The notes below the pieces were generated by a model. That model did not search any database and was not told the DNA's origin. It worked only from the letters and a program-made list of their open reading frames with translations. 64,000 nt of DNA from Azolla caroliniana (taxonomy: Eukaryota; Plantae; Polypodiophyta). Location of the stretch: assembly GCA_043228905.1 (NCBI GenBank), contig JBHGNT010000020.1:4402001-4466000 (forward strand), given 5' to 3'. Positions 24,315 through 35,629 of this stretch are shown here, piece by piece. The position numbers and the translations under genes are program-made. Each line of letters opens with the position of its first letter. The first letter of the stretch is position 1.

Positions 24315-24367
<53 letters not shown>

Positions 24368-24729
24368 TACGCGAGAGAGACAGAGAGAGCATGACACACT
24401 ATTCTTCGAAATTATATGAATACTCTGTGCTCTTATTTTCTACAATGCACTCATTAGCGCTATTTATACAAGTCCACACGGGACTGTTAGAAGTACGGTG
24501 TACTTCAATGCTCACACGAGCATCTGACACTAACTACGAGACTATAACTGCCTAGTAGTCTAACCTATACTAGGCTTCCGGTTACGGATTGGATCCGGCA
24601 TACTAGCTCCCCAGCTCACCGGTCCTTACTGCTTACTGGCTCGGTTGCTCACCGGCATACCGATTCATCTCGCTTACCGGCTCAGGCTTATTCAGCCGAT
24701 CTAGCTCCGGTTGAGCTTGCCGCTCAACA
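23180..24729 (-). mobile_element. Copia family C 5' part (LTR 24274-24729, PBS, gag), inverted relative to the 20980 copy
   Basis: Near-identical reverse complement of 20980-22449; knuckle CWYCGKKGHKESEC. Confidence 0.92.
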
Positions 24730-25582
24730 ATATGGATGAAGGAGTTTATCAGTGAGGAGAGAATTCGGCAAGAAGAATTCTGACTCCATTGCGATAATCA
24801 GATTGCCATCCAACTTGCAAAGAATGTCTCCTACCACTCGAGAACCAAGCACATCCAGAGGAGGTACCATTGGCTTCGAGAGTGAGTGGAAGAGAAGGAG
24901 TTTTCTCTAGTGAAGGTGCATAAAACGGATAACGCGTCGAACATGCTTAAGAAGGTGTTGTCGGTCGAAAAGCTAAACGTGTGCTAACAGAGAGTCAGAT
25001 TGATGAACTACCCCATGCCGGAGTGAAGGGGGAGTTTGTTGGGAAAACAGGTCCCTTTGGATGGGAAGAGAACGAACCGATTTGGATAGAGTCAATGAGT
25101 ATTTCGGCCGAGGCCAAAATCGAAAACCGAAACCGAAATTAGGAGACCATATATGTAAATCGTCTAAATGTGCCCTTGTGGGCTATGTATGTAATAGCCA
25201 AAAAGTTGTATATGTATAAATACAACTAGGGAAAACTTTATGTGTAGTGGAAAATCAGTTAGTGATAGTGTATAGTTTTACTGACAAGGTCATTACCTCC
25301 GTAACTGTGTATGAAAGAGAGTGAGAGTGCGTGTAACTCTATAGTCGTCGTTTGAGGAAGAAGAGGTCAAGGTTGTTGCTTTGAATCCTCTTGTTGTACT
25401 CCTCCCCTTATAGTGATTTAGTTCGGAGTTCGAGGACTCTTGTGGATTTTCCCTTTTCGGGTTTTCCACGTTAAATCTTGTGCTTTCTGCCTTCTCGTTT
25501 TTTTTATGTGCACTATCTTTCTTGATCTTTGCACCCGAATATTCAAAAGTGAAACCGGTAGTGGCCGGTCACGATCCTAACA
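24730..25582 (+). mobile_element. Tork-like copia 3' remnant: RNase H end, PPT, 3' LTR 25037-25582
   Basis: IWMKEFI and YHSRTKHIQRRYHW motifs, then GTGAAGGGGGAGTT-TGTTGGG...CTAACA. Confidence 0.85.
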
Positions 25583-26181
25583 GTCGGCTACATCGACTTA
25601 GACTTTGTTGGTTGTCTGGACAATAGAAAGTTCGGCATGGAGAAGATCTCAACAGCCGACAATGTTGTAAAAGGGATGACAAAGTGTCTTTCAGCAGACC
25701 AATTCCGATCATTAAGGCACCATATGGGCGTAAGAGTAATTGATCCGGTTGATCTAGGCACCGCCATTTCGGCTCGATCAATTCGGACACCGAGATGACT
25801 TCAGCTTGGCAAATTCAATCAATCAGCTTCAGCTCAACCAACTCGGCATCTAGTATTCGGGGTAGCCGATTCGGCAACTTAGGGAAAACAACCGACTCTT
25901 GTTATCATGTCTTTGTATAATCTGTTTATTTGTTTTCTTCATTATAGATTCCTTGATGTATACACCCATTATGGAGGAGTGTCGAATACAGGTTATAATG
26001 GTTGTATTCACATTGTCCCATTTGGACAAACTAGGGTAGGACATATTTGTAGTATGCTCAAAGGGCAGTTGCCCTAGTTTGGCTAGTATATAACTGAACC
26101 TGTGACTAGTTTGTAGATGATGACGCCATTTTTTCTATTGTAACTTTAGCTTTGAATAATACAGTTACATTCTTGTGTGCC

Positions 26182-26228
<47 letters not shown>

Positions 26229-26295
26229 TGTTCTTATTGATCTTGCTAACTTGTCTCAATTTCACTCTGTTCATCTTGCTTATGTCCATCAACCT
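25583..26295 (+). mobile_element. Old copia RNase H C-terminus with probable LTR (~25980-26292)
   Basis: MEKISTADN..MTKCL; ATGGAGGAG-TG; a TATA-like motif and a (CT)n tract. Confidence 0.5.
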
Positions 26296-26299
26296 GTTG

Positions 26300-26575
26300 T
26301 TCTTCATATAATCATGTTGATTTGTATCTTTCTATTAATGACCTTGTATTCGCCTTTGTTGTCCGACCGGAAATTTTTCACCTTGTGGCCAGATCGATTT
26401 TCGACTTTGGTTATCCATCGAGCAAATGTCACAAGTGCTTCATCATTGGACTTAACCGAATAAGCCCAAACTTTGCGTATAAGATCATCCACGAACATGA
26501 TGAAGTATTGCATGCCACTTAGAGATATCTCGAGCATCGGCCCATAGATGTCACCATGAATCAGCTACAGGGGAT
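26300..26575 (-). pseudogene. Copia integrase fragment
   Basis: YFIMFVDDLIRKVWAY...FRSDNKGEY. Confidence 0.8.
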
Positions 26576-26622
26576 GTCGTATCCTCACATAGTGCATAGA
26601 GTGCGGATTTTGGGTCTATTTA

Positions 26623-26990
26623 TGTTGAGAATCGTACTCGACCAAACCTAAGTTTCACAATACAAATGGATGATTAAACAAAAAGTAACAATACACTTCG
26701 CAAGATAAAAGAGATGACACAGGATGTAACGTTGTCGTAGTGTAATTCGCACACTACGTGAAAAATTACATTTTGGTCTCTCCGGATAGGACATGGAGTA
26801 CCCGGTGAGAACCGGAAGGAGGAACCGGTAAGGACTGAAACCGGTAAGGAGACACGGCAAGAGCTGGATGAAGAAGGCCGATGAGAGTTGGTGAGAAATG
26901 GACGAAGAGGACCGGTAAGGAGGACCAGGTAAGAACCGGATAAAGAAAACCGGCAAGAACCGGATGAAGCATAACCGGCAAGAGCCAGAT
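26623..26990. repeat. LTR-like fragment with short-period ACCGG repeats (26800-26985)
   Basis: Starts TGTTGAG; degenerate GAACCGG(T/A)AAG units; abuts the truncated LINE RT. Confidence 0.45.
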
Positions 26991-29433
26991 AAAAATATGA
27001 GGCGAGACATACAAGGTCCAAAGCCCATTGTATGCATTAACCTAGAAACAAAGGACCAATTAACATGATCATACGGTTTCTCCACATCTAATTGCACCAT
27101 AATCAATTCTTGATGAGTGTTTCGAGCATAATCCATGGCCATTTGAACATTCAACACATTATGCAATATATTCCTACCTACAATAAAACCATATTGGGCG
27201 AGATGTATTGACAACTTTGGCAAATACTTTTTTAATCTATTTGCCAAGACCTTTGTAAATATCTTATACAATCCCCCCATCAAAGAAATAGGTCTCCATT
27301 GATGAAATGACTCTGGAGATGCCACCTTTGGAACTAATTTAATTAGACCAACCTTCCAAGCTTGAGGCATACTACCAGAATCCCAAGAATGTTGAAACAT
27401 CAAAGTTAAGGGCCCCTTTAAAATGTGTGAATATCGATTAAAAACTTCATTTGTCAAGCCATCCCAACTAGGGCTCTTACCACTAGGAAGATGCCTTAAA
27501 ACTGTGTCCACCTCATCCTCAATGAAATCCGCATCCAATTCATGACTAATGAGGTCATGCACAATACATCCAACCACATCATAAAACACATGACGTGCTC
27601 TACTCACCTCATTTGTCATTAACAATTGTGGGCCAATCAACTCCTTAAAGTAATGAGCACATATGTCAATTATTTTAGTAGGATCCACTATCCCTTCATC
27701 ACCTTGCTTCACATGTACCACATTAGATCGAGTATAAGTAGGATGTAACGCTTGGAAAAACAAATGGGATTGACATTCATTATCTATGAGCCCATCCCTC
27801 AATTGTCGCATCTTCGCATAACGATAACTTTGGCATTGCAACTGAGAAATAATAACATGCAATTGACTTTGGATATCCAAAAGCTCCTCATCTAAAGGTG
27901 CACGTATCAATAATGCATTACACCTAGACAGAACTTGTGAGAATTTTAGAAGAAGACCTCTTCTTCGTTGGGCATTAGTCACTCCATACATACGATAACG
28001 ATCTTAATAATTCGTAATGTGATATCCCATGCTTTAACTCCTTTAAGATTCACTTCTTGTGAAAAATTTACCAAAATTTGCTCCATGAGAGAATCAAAGT
28101 GAGGTTGAAGCAAAAGAGAAGAGTTAAAGCGTAATGGAGGCTTTCCATGTAAGGATTTATACATGTCAATTGCATGACCACAAATCTCCAAACTGTTGGG
28201 AGACAGGTTCCTCCGGATGGGAAGGGAGAAGAACAGTGCCGACGAACAATCAAAAGAGGAGTACCCAGCTACGGAGAGCTGGATGATACAGACCCGGTAT
28301 GAACCGGATGAGGAGTACCTGGCTACGGAGAGCCGGATGGTGCAGACCCGGTATGAACCGGATGAGGAGTACCCGGCTACGGAGAGCTCGATGATACAGA
28401 CCCGGTATGAACCGGATGAGGAGTACCCGGCTTCGGAGAGCCGGATTGTGCAGACCCGGTATGAACCGGATGAAGAGACATATTCGTAAATATGTTTCTG
28501 AGAGTCCATCAAGGCTATATTTGTAAGTAGCCGAAAAGTCATATTAGTATAAATATGACATACGGCAAACTTTTAGGTGAAGTTGTAGTTGTTGTCATTT
28601 TCTTGTTGGTGCAAGAAGAGAGAGCGTGTAACAGTGTACAGGTTGAGAGAGAGAGAGAATGAGGTCGTTGCCTCTGTTGTAACCGCCGCCTGTGACGAAG
28701 ATCGTGAGCACGAGGTCGTTGCCTCCGTGAACTCACTATTTGTACATTCCAATATAGTGATAGTTTGCAGCCTGTGGGCTGCCGTGGTTTTTCCCTCAGT
28801 TTGGGTTTTCCACGTAAACATCATGTCTACCTTTTTCTCTCCTTTGTGTCCTGCATTTGTTTCCCGTTTTCTGTGTATGAAAAGAATCTCGGTTGTGGCC
28901 GAGCGTTGGACATAAGGAGCGTTGAGTTCCCGTCACAAACAAATAGGAAAGTGATCTGAAGTTCCTACATCTTGTAAAACTACCATACGAAGTGATGTCG
29001 GTAAAAAAGAATCATTGTGCATCACATACATTCTATCTAACCGACTCCATGTTTGTCTATGTTGAGCAAATTGGAAAGTAAAACCTGGATCATTCCCATG
29101 CAACCATGTCCAAACATCCAACTTCAAAACCTCCATATCCAATGAATCCTAAGCAAGTTGCTCAGGATCATCCATGATTGAATGTTCAGACGTAGATTGA
29201 GATGCATCAAGACACATGTTAAAATCACCCATAAGTAATCCTAGATGGCCCACACATAGGGTTTGACAGAGTGAGCCCCATAATGCAATACGTTGAGTGG
29301 CTTGGTTAGGGGCATAAATCCCAACCACCCACACAACCTTGCAGAAAAAAGGGATTTCTATAACCAAAAACCGACCATAAGGATCATTATGCACCACTTG
29401 AGGAAAATACTTATCCCGCACGATTAATACCAC
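26990..29433 (-). pseudogene. LINE ORF2: APE endonuclease + N-terminal RT
   Basis: GIYAPN, MGDFN, SRLDRMY, SDHFPI; KSPSWDG, WRPISL, KVLANRL, QYGF, LDVEKPYDHV. Confidence 0.92.
28194..28935 (+). mobile_element. Solo LTR of Tork-like copia, TSD CAAAC, with four 54-bp tandem units
   Basis: TGTTGGG...CCGTCA flanked by CAAAC on both sides; near-identical to the LTRs at 52163 and 59379. Confidence 0.95.
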
Positions 29434-30411
29434 ATCTAAATAATGATTATTAAGATGTCCTACATAGAATTATGAATATTCACGCAAATGAATTCTGGAT
29501 CCTGCTAACTCATGAAACTTATGCTCAACTGCACATAATACATCCCATTCTTTACTTAATAAAGTTTGCCATAATATATACTTCTTATGAGGAGAACATG
29601 CCCCTCTCACATTCCATGTTACCGCTTTCATTCAGTCAACAATGTTATGGGTGCACTTGCTCCTTTAGAGCAACCGATGTCATGAAACTAGTCAAAGCAT
29701 GTTCCAATGTTGCATATGGATTTTCATGCACCACATCCTTAGAGTTGTCTATCGAACTCTTTTGTTTAGGTTCTCCTGCTTGACGAAAACTTCCAGAATT
29801 CGATGTATTTACAACCCGTTGTCATGAAGAAAACCGGCCATAGGCGGAATCGGAGAAAAAGGCGTATGAACCGGCTCTTACATGGATGGACGCGTGAATT
29901 GATATTTTGATATTTTGTACATGATTCATAAATGGATCGGCTGATGTAAATACTAAGTAGTACACATTTATTAGGGGATTGTGCGTATCTCTGTCAAAAG
30001 GGACAGGGAATAAAGCGATTTGACTAGGGACAAAGGGGGCACCCCCTTTTTAGCGAACTATTTAAGGAGGGAGAGAAGAAAGAAAAGGGCATCACGCGTT
30101 AGCGAGGAGGAGGTGCTGCAGGACCGAGTGCCGAGCTCTCTCCCCGACCGTCATTCTCTGTGGGTGTTGGGAGTTCGACGCCTCTGCTTCGTGGGTAGCC
30201 CGTGCGCTGCCAGCAGAGTCTCTCCCTTCTACATTTTCTGGGTCCAGTGTGTTCTGTCTGTGTGCGTGAGTAGGGTCCCCGTGTCGGGTCCATTGCCGGC
30301 TCGCCGGTTGTAACTGTCAGAGTTTGTAATCTCTTGATATTGTAATCGACTATTATTGTAATTAAGGGTTCCGTTCGTTCTCTCTCCTTCTCGCTTCCGC
30401 GTATCTGCAAA

Positions 30412-30464
<53 letters not shown>

Positions 30465-30531
30465 CCTCGGTTCAAGGCCCCCGTGGTCCCGCCTCTTTCT
30501 ACACGCGAAGTGCGTGACAACACAACATATT

Positions 30532-30549
30532 TGGTGAACCCGACGTGAA
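30532..30549 (+). promoter_or_regulatory. PBS complementary to tRNA-Trp
   Basis: TGGTGAACCCGACGTGAA, 4 nt after the LTR; identical at 32370-32387. Confidence 0.85.
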
Positions 30550-30572
30550 AGGGGTGGCAAAGGAGTCGAAAG

Positions 30573-31610
30573 ATGAGGGGATCAGAGCTAGTAGAGGCAA
30601 TGGCGGTAGCCATCGACCGGCTGGTAAGCGCTCGTGAGGAGACGGGTACCCTCGACAGAGCCATCGAATCGATCGTCGACACTATAGGCCGGTTCGGAGG
30701 GAAAGACGCCACAAGTTATTTGGAGGCTTACCGGGCCGAAATGATCATGAGGGATATCCCGGTGGACAGGCGGTTGTCCGGATTCCCTCGGGTGGTGACG
30801 CCGAGCATCCACGCGGAGGTGCTCGAGGTGCTAGCTGGATGCTAGACTTGGGAGGAGTTTGAGCTGCAGCTCCTCGAGAAGTACGGGTTTGACGACTCGC
30901 TTCAGCTGTCGAGGCGGGACTTCATGGCGTGGGTGGAAAGCCCCTGAAAAGGGAGGAACACGTCAGCGCTCCTCTAGGAGTTCGAAAAATGGTTCGCGCG
31001 GTTGTCAACGCTGGACTGGACAGTGCTCGAAACGAGTCGAGTACTATTGTTTGTCAAGTCGGTGGACGCGCTCGACAGGGAAAGGGTGGGTCCCCTATTG
31101 GAAACGGACGAAGGGCTCACGACAGACTGGGCCGTTGTAAAACAGGTCTGCACTTGTTCGACAAACGGCGCGATTGGAGCGATAGAAGCTCGTCGGGGTC
31201 AGGGCCGGTCCCGGTGAGGAGGCTCAAGGAGCCGGTATCGGTGCGGGCTGGTAGGAAGGAAGAGACCCAAACCTGGCTACAGTCGGGGTCGGCATCGAAT
31301 GACGTGGTAAGAGGCCCATACGGAGGAGCGGCGCTGGAGGAGCTGACACAGATGGTGCGCACCTGCTGATCGCACAGGCCCGGAGAGACAACGGCGAACA
31401 ACCTCGCGACCGGAGGCCGCCGGCTGGGCAGCGGTGCATGTGGTGTGACGCGATCGGTCACATTCAGAAGGATTGCGCGGATTTTGCCGACACGCTCAGG
31501 ACCAACGTGGTGTACCTCTGGAATGAGCGGGTGCACACAAGCGAGACCCGGAGAGCCCTAGAACTAAATACGGGGCGCAGCGGAATGAAGAGGTTTATGG
31601 AAGAGGCCGC
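30573..31610 (+). pseudogene. gag: Family W gag, N-terminal part (stops and frameshifts)
   Basis: RFGGKDATSYLEAY; knuckle CMWCDAIGHIQKDC. Confidence 0.8.
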
Positions 31611-32165
31611 TGTCGTGAAGAATTTCAGCCAGAGGCGGAAATCGGGAACATTGGCTACATCGGCGGGCTGCAACGTGTGTACGCACCCATGTACATTTAG
31701 TGTGAATATCGAGGGCGCCTTTATGGCGCCCAAGAGTAGTCAACTCGGGACAGACAATCCCATGTAAGTTGGGATTTGTCCCACATTGTAATGCATCCCT
31801 TTCCTTGATCTATAAAAGGAAGGGAACGCCCTTTGTGTAAGGGTTGCCCATTTTTGCATTAGAGGGTATACCGGTAGGTTTAGGGTTAGGTTTCTTCTGC
31901 TTCTTCTTCTTCCCCTTCGTGTTCGTTTAGGGTTGGCTTCAGCTCATCTCCTGTGCTAGACCCCGCTCGGCGCGACGAGCCCGTGAGCTCCCCGACGGCG
32001 GCTTGGCAGCAGACGACTACTGTAACCTACCTCAGTCCGGCTCGAAGCTGGGAGTGTATTCTTCTTATATATATATACATTTACGTTTGCGTCTGTCTGT
32101 GTATATTGGCGTCTTGTTGGTGTCAGGTGCTCCCCTCCGTCCCTGCGTTTCCTGTACAAGAGGGC

Positions 32166-32196
<31 letters not shown>

Positions 32197-32402
32197 AGCC
32201 GGTGTCAAGCACGCTCTCTCACTCCCTCTCTCCCTGCGGCTGCTTCCGGTGCGTTTCAGGGGTGCCCTAGAAACGGTGAAGTGCGACTTCCTATGCTCCG
32301 TCGCTCCCTAGTCCAAGACCCCCGTGGTCCCGCCTTTCTCCACGCACGCGCGTAACAACGCGACATATCTGGTGAACCCGACGTGAAAGGCAGCAAGGGA
32401 GG

Positions 32403-33857
32403 ATGGAGTCGGAAGACGACGACCTTGCGGAGATGGTGGCCGAAGTGGTGTTGGAGTCGGCACGAGTGGTGATGAGGCGAGAAGCAGCGCAACAAGCGGT
32501 TGGGCGAGTGGTCAAAAGAGTCGACCGTTTCAACGGGGACAAAGTCCCATCTTACTTGGAAGCCTACAACGCGGAAATGGAAGAGCGTGGCGTAGACGAG
32601 GCGTTGAGGCTGGAGTTCTTCTGCTGGGTCGTAGCTGTCCGGATGCATGCGGAAATAATGGAGCTCCGTGAGGCTTATGGTTCGTGGGAGGCCTTCGAAG
32701 AGGCGCTCCTGAAGGCATACGGAGGACGGCGGAAGAACCGGGGACGGCACCACTTCGACCAGTGGGTAGCATCGGCAAAGACCCACCGGGGTGCAACGAA
32801 GGCGTTCCGGGAGTTCGAGCGACGACTTGCTCGGCTCCCAGAGCGGGAACAAGGTTTGGTGGGGGTGGACAAAGTCCTTTTGTTCGTCAGGTCGCTCGAC
32901 CGAGTGGAACAGGAAGCCATCGGGATTGAGCTCAAAGACGATGATGGAGCAAATGGGCTTACGGAGGACTGGTCGAAGGTCGGAAGGGTGTGCCAAAGGC
33001 TAGACAATGAGCGAGCCGAGAAGGCTAAGAGGAAGGTACGCGACGGCGTGCCATCACAGCGGGAAGAGGCCGAATGGCAAAGAGAGTCGGCAAGGGTCGG
33101 CATTGGGGCCAGGATTGTGGAGGCGTACGCAGCGCTCAAAGCGATGCTTGAGGAAGAGGGGAAAATCGAAGCCGAAGAAGGGCTTATTATGGAGTCGGGC
33201 CGGAGGCGATCGGAGGATGAGGAGGCCGAAAGAGAAGGGTACGTCGGTACCACGGGAGAGGGCGCGGGACGAGCCACCCTCTCGACTTGCGGAGATAGAA
33301 CGGCCAAGGACGAGGCCGAGATACCGATCGCAGAACTAGAACGTTGGGACCAGCGGTTTCGGGCGTGTCAGCCCGAGATCCCGGTCATTGGAGAAGCAAG
33401 CCCAGACGAGGCTTGCGCGATCGATAAGAAGACGACCGCCGACCACGAAGAGTCGGTGGCTACGGACAAGGGCGTAAAACGGGCAGGTGATTCTTTGTGT
33501 CAACCCATGCTTGCTCCAGAGACGATGGCAGTCGAGCCCGAATACCCGCGTAAGTCCCAAGCGGAGGAAGGCGGCGGCGGAGGGCCAAGAATCACCGGCG
33601 AGACGATACGGGGAAGGAACGGACGAAAGCCCACAGACCCGATTCCGAAGAACTTGGCATTCGGGCCTGTATGCCCATGTCAGACCGAGGAGATGGATGG
33701 CGGTACCGAGGCGTCCTCGCACGATGCCATCGAAGTCGGATGGGAAACGGCCAGCGAGGGGGCCGAGGGCGGACGCGGCACGAGGAGATCGGCATTCCGA
33801 TACGGGTGGAGCATAATCCGGTCGTGGATCGTTCGATTGGGGCCGGAGTCGGCATGA
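32403..33857 (+). CDS. Gag-like protein (capsid-like N-terminal half + acidic tail; no knuckle), 484 aa
   Basis: RFNGDKVPSYLEAYNAEM, KVLLFVRSLD and GLTEDWSKV align to the host gag. Confidence 0.7.
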   Translation: MESEDDDLAEMVAEVVLESARVVMRREAAQQAVGRVVKRVDRFNGDKVPSYLEAYNAEMEERGVDEALRLEFFCWVVAVRMHAEIMELREAYGSWEAFEEALLKAYGGRRKNRGRHHFDQWVASAKTHRGATKAFREFERRLARLPEREQGLVGVDKVLLFVRSLDRVEQEAIGIELKDDDGANGLTEDWSKVGRVCQRLDNERAEKAKRKVRDGVPSQREEAEWQRESARVGIGARIVEAYAALKAMLEEEGKIEAEEGLIMESGRRRSEDEEAEREGYVGTTGEGAGRATLSTCGDRTAKDEAEIPIAELERWDQRFRACQPEIPVIGEASPDEACAIDKKTTADHEESVATDKGVKRAGDSLCQPMLAPETMAVEPEYPRKSQAEEGGGGGPRITGETIRGRNGRKPTDPIPKNLAFGPVCPCQTEEMDGGTEASSHDAIEVGWETASEGAEGGRGTRRSAFRYGWSIIRSWIVRLGPESA

Positions 33858-34269
33858 AAGTGCCGATACGGAAGGGGGTGCGGGACGAGCCGCCCTCTTT
33901 TACATGGGGAGAAAGACCGACCGGGCGAAGGTCGAGATTTGGAAATAGAATGAAAGCCGGTCCTATGGGATTCCTTACACCGATCAGGCTGCAAGCCCGA
34001 GTGCCGGCGTAAGTCCTGTACGAGAGACGGTGGCGACAGGAGAACAGCACTCGGCAATCCGGAGAAGGACGAACGGACCCGGACGAGAACCGGGCGGAGC
34101 GGACTCCCGGATGACCATTCCGGGAGGGAGGAAGAGAGCAGGCCTACGAAGAGGCCGAGGACACGGTACGTCGGTACCAAGGGAGAGGGTGCGGAGTAAA
34201 CCGCCCTCTCGACATGAGGAAAAGGACGACCCGGGACAGGGTCAGGAAGGCGACGAACGCCGACGGAGG

Positions 34270-34600
34270 AACCTTCACACCGGTTCTAGAGACTTCGGCA
34301 GTCGGCAACGCGGTCGACATAAGACCAAGATACTGACGGTGGCGGCGAGGTGACGAAGGCAAGGGCTACGGAAGGGCGGCCTACGGAGGATTCTTCACAC
34401 CGGTTCTGGAGACTTTGGCAGTCGGCAACGCAGTCGACGTAAGACCAAGATACTGACGGTGGCGACGAGGTGACAAAGGCAATGGGCGTAAGGAGGTCCG
34501 GTCCTACGGGATCCCCACACTTAACCAGAGACTCCGGCAGTTCGCCCAACGTGGCAACGTGAGACCGAGGGAGAAGGACGGTGGCGGCAGGGAACGGGAC
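34270..34600 (+). repeat. Degenerate ~120-bp tandem repeat (two clear copies plus decayed ones)
   Basis: CTTCACACCGGTTCT.GAGACTT.GGCAGTCGGCAACGC at ~34273 and ~34393. Confidence 0.75.
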
Positions 34601-35629
34601 CCGACGGCACGAGGTTCGGAAGGAGCCGGTAGTGGCAAACACAGAGGGGTGTGTCAGGCCGGAAAGGCACACCTTGGGCAGAACAAGAGTCTCGCAAGTG
34701 GCCATCGCGGGCCGGAACGAAGCGTGACTACGGGACGGTGTTTGGCGCGGGCAGGGCCGAACGAAGGAAGCGGAAGACGACACAAGGGAGGTGCCAAGAA
34801 CGAAGTGACAAGTGCCTAGCGGACTGCACAAGGTCGGAACCAGGATGGCAAGAGAGGCCGGAGGAGGATCCTCCACACTCGCTTCGTAGATCTCGGTAGC
34901 TCCGTCGAAGTAATGAAGACTGACACGGCAAGCCGGGGTGACAAGCTGGTGGGGGCGAGGGGACGACGGCAAGCGGAAGACTCAGGACCTACTGCAGCAG
35001 CACGAAGACGGGAAGGGCCAAGCGGGCTACTACGGGGTGTTCCTCGGATGCAAAGGACACCGGTATGCGGGTGAACAGCGATGCACGATCTGGCTGGAAA
35101 GGGACCGACGAGGAGTGCAACACGGGCAGTGCCAAACAACACGGAGCGGGAAGGCGAGCGCGGAGAAGGCCGGAAAGGGATCCTCCACACCGTTCCAGAG
35201 ACCATGGCGGATCGAGCCGACGCGGCAATGTAAGACCATGGAGAAGTAAGGTGGCGGCGAAAGGACGAAGGCAAAGCGAAACACCATCGGGACATCACGA
35301 TTCGACAACGGAGGCCAAGCGGGCTGCCACGGGCATTCCTCAAGCGGAGGACATCGGGCATACGACGGAAGCGGGGCGTTCATACGGCCGAACAAGGGCC
35401 AACGGAAGTACGCGTACTACGGAGATCGCGGTAGAGGACCCATCGATGGGTCGAACGAGCCTACGGGGAGCCTTCAGCTCATCTCCTGCGCAAGACCCCG
35501 CTCGGCGCGACGAGCCCTTAAGCTCCCTGACGGCGGCTTGGCAGCAGACGACTATTGTAACCTACCTCAGTCCGGCTCGAAGCCGGGAGTGTATTCTTCT
35601 TATATATATATACATTTATGTTTGCGTCT

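Noticed and set aside
20975-24734. CGTAT/ATATG flanks as the TSD of one inverted-LTR element
   Set aside because: They are not direct repeats, and the flanking DNA belongs to different elements. The 4/5 inverted match may be chance.
26648-27991. 447-aa ORF as an intact RT gene
   Set aside because: It is a chimera: the LINE RT is cut before the catalytic YADD-type motif and reads into repeat DNA.
28255-28470. 54-bp periodic arrays as a CRISPR array or as repeat proteins (EEYPATESRMVQTRYEPD)
   Set aside because: They are pure tandem units without unique spacers and lie inside LTR U3. The ORFs arise only because the unit length is a multiple of 3, and different copies favour different frames.
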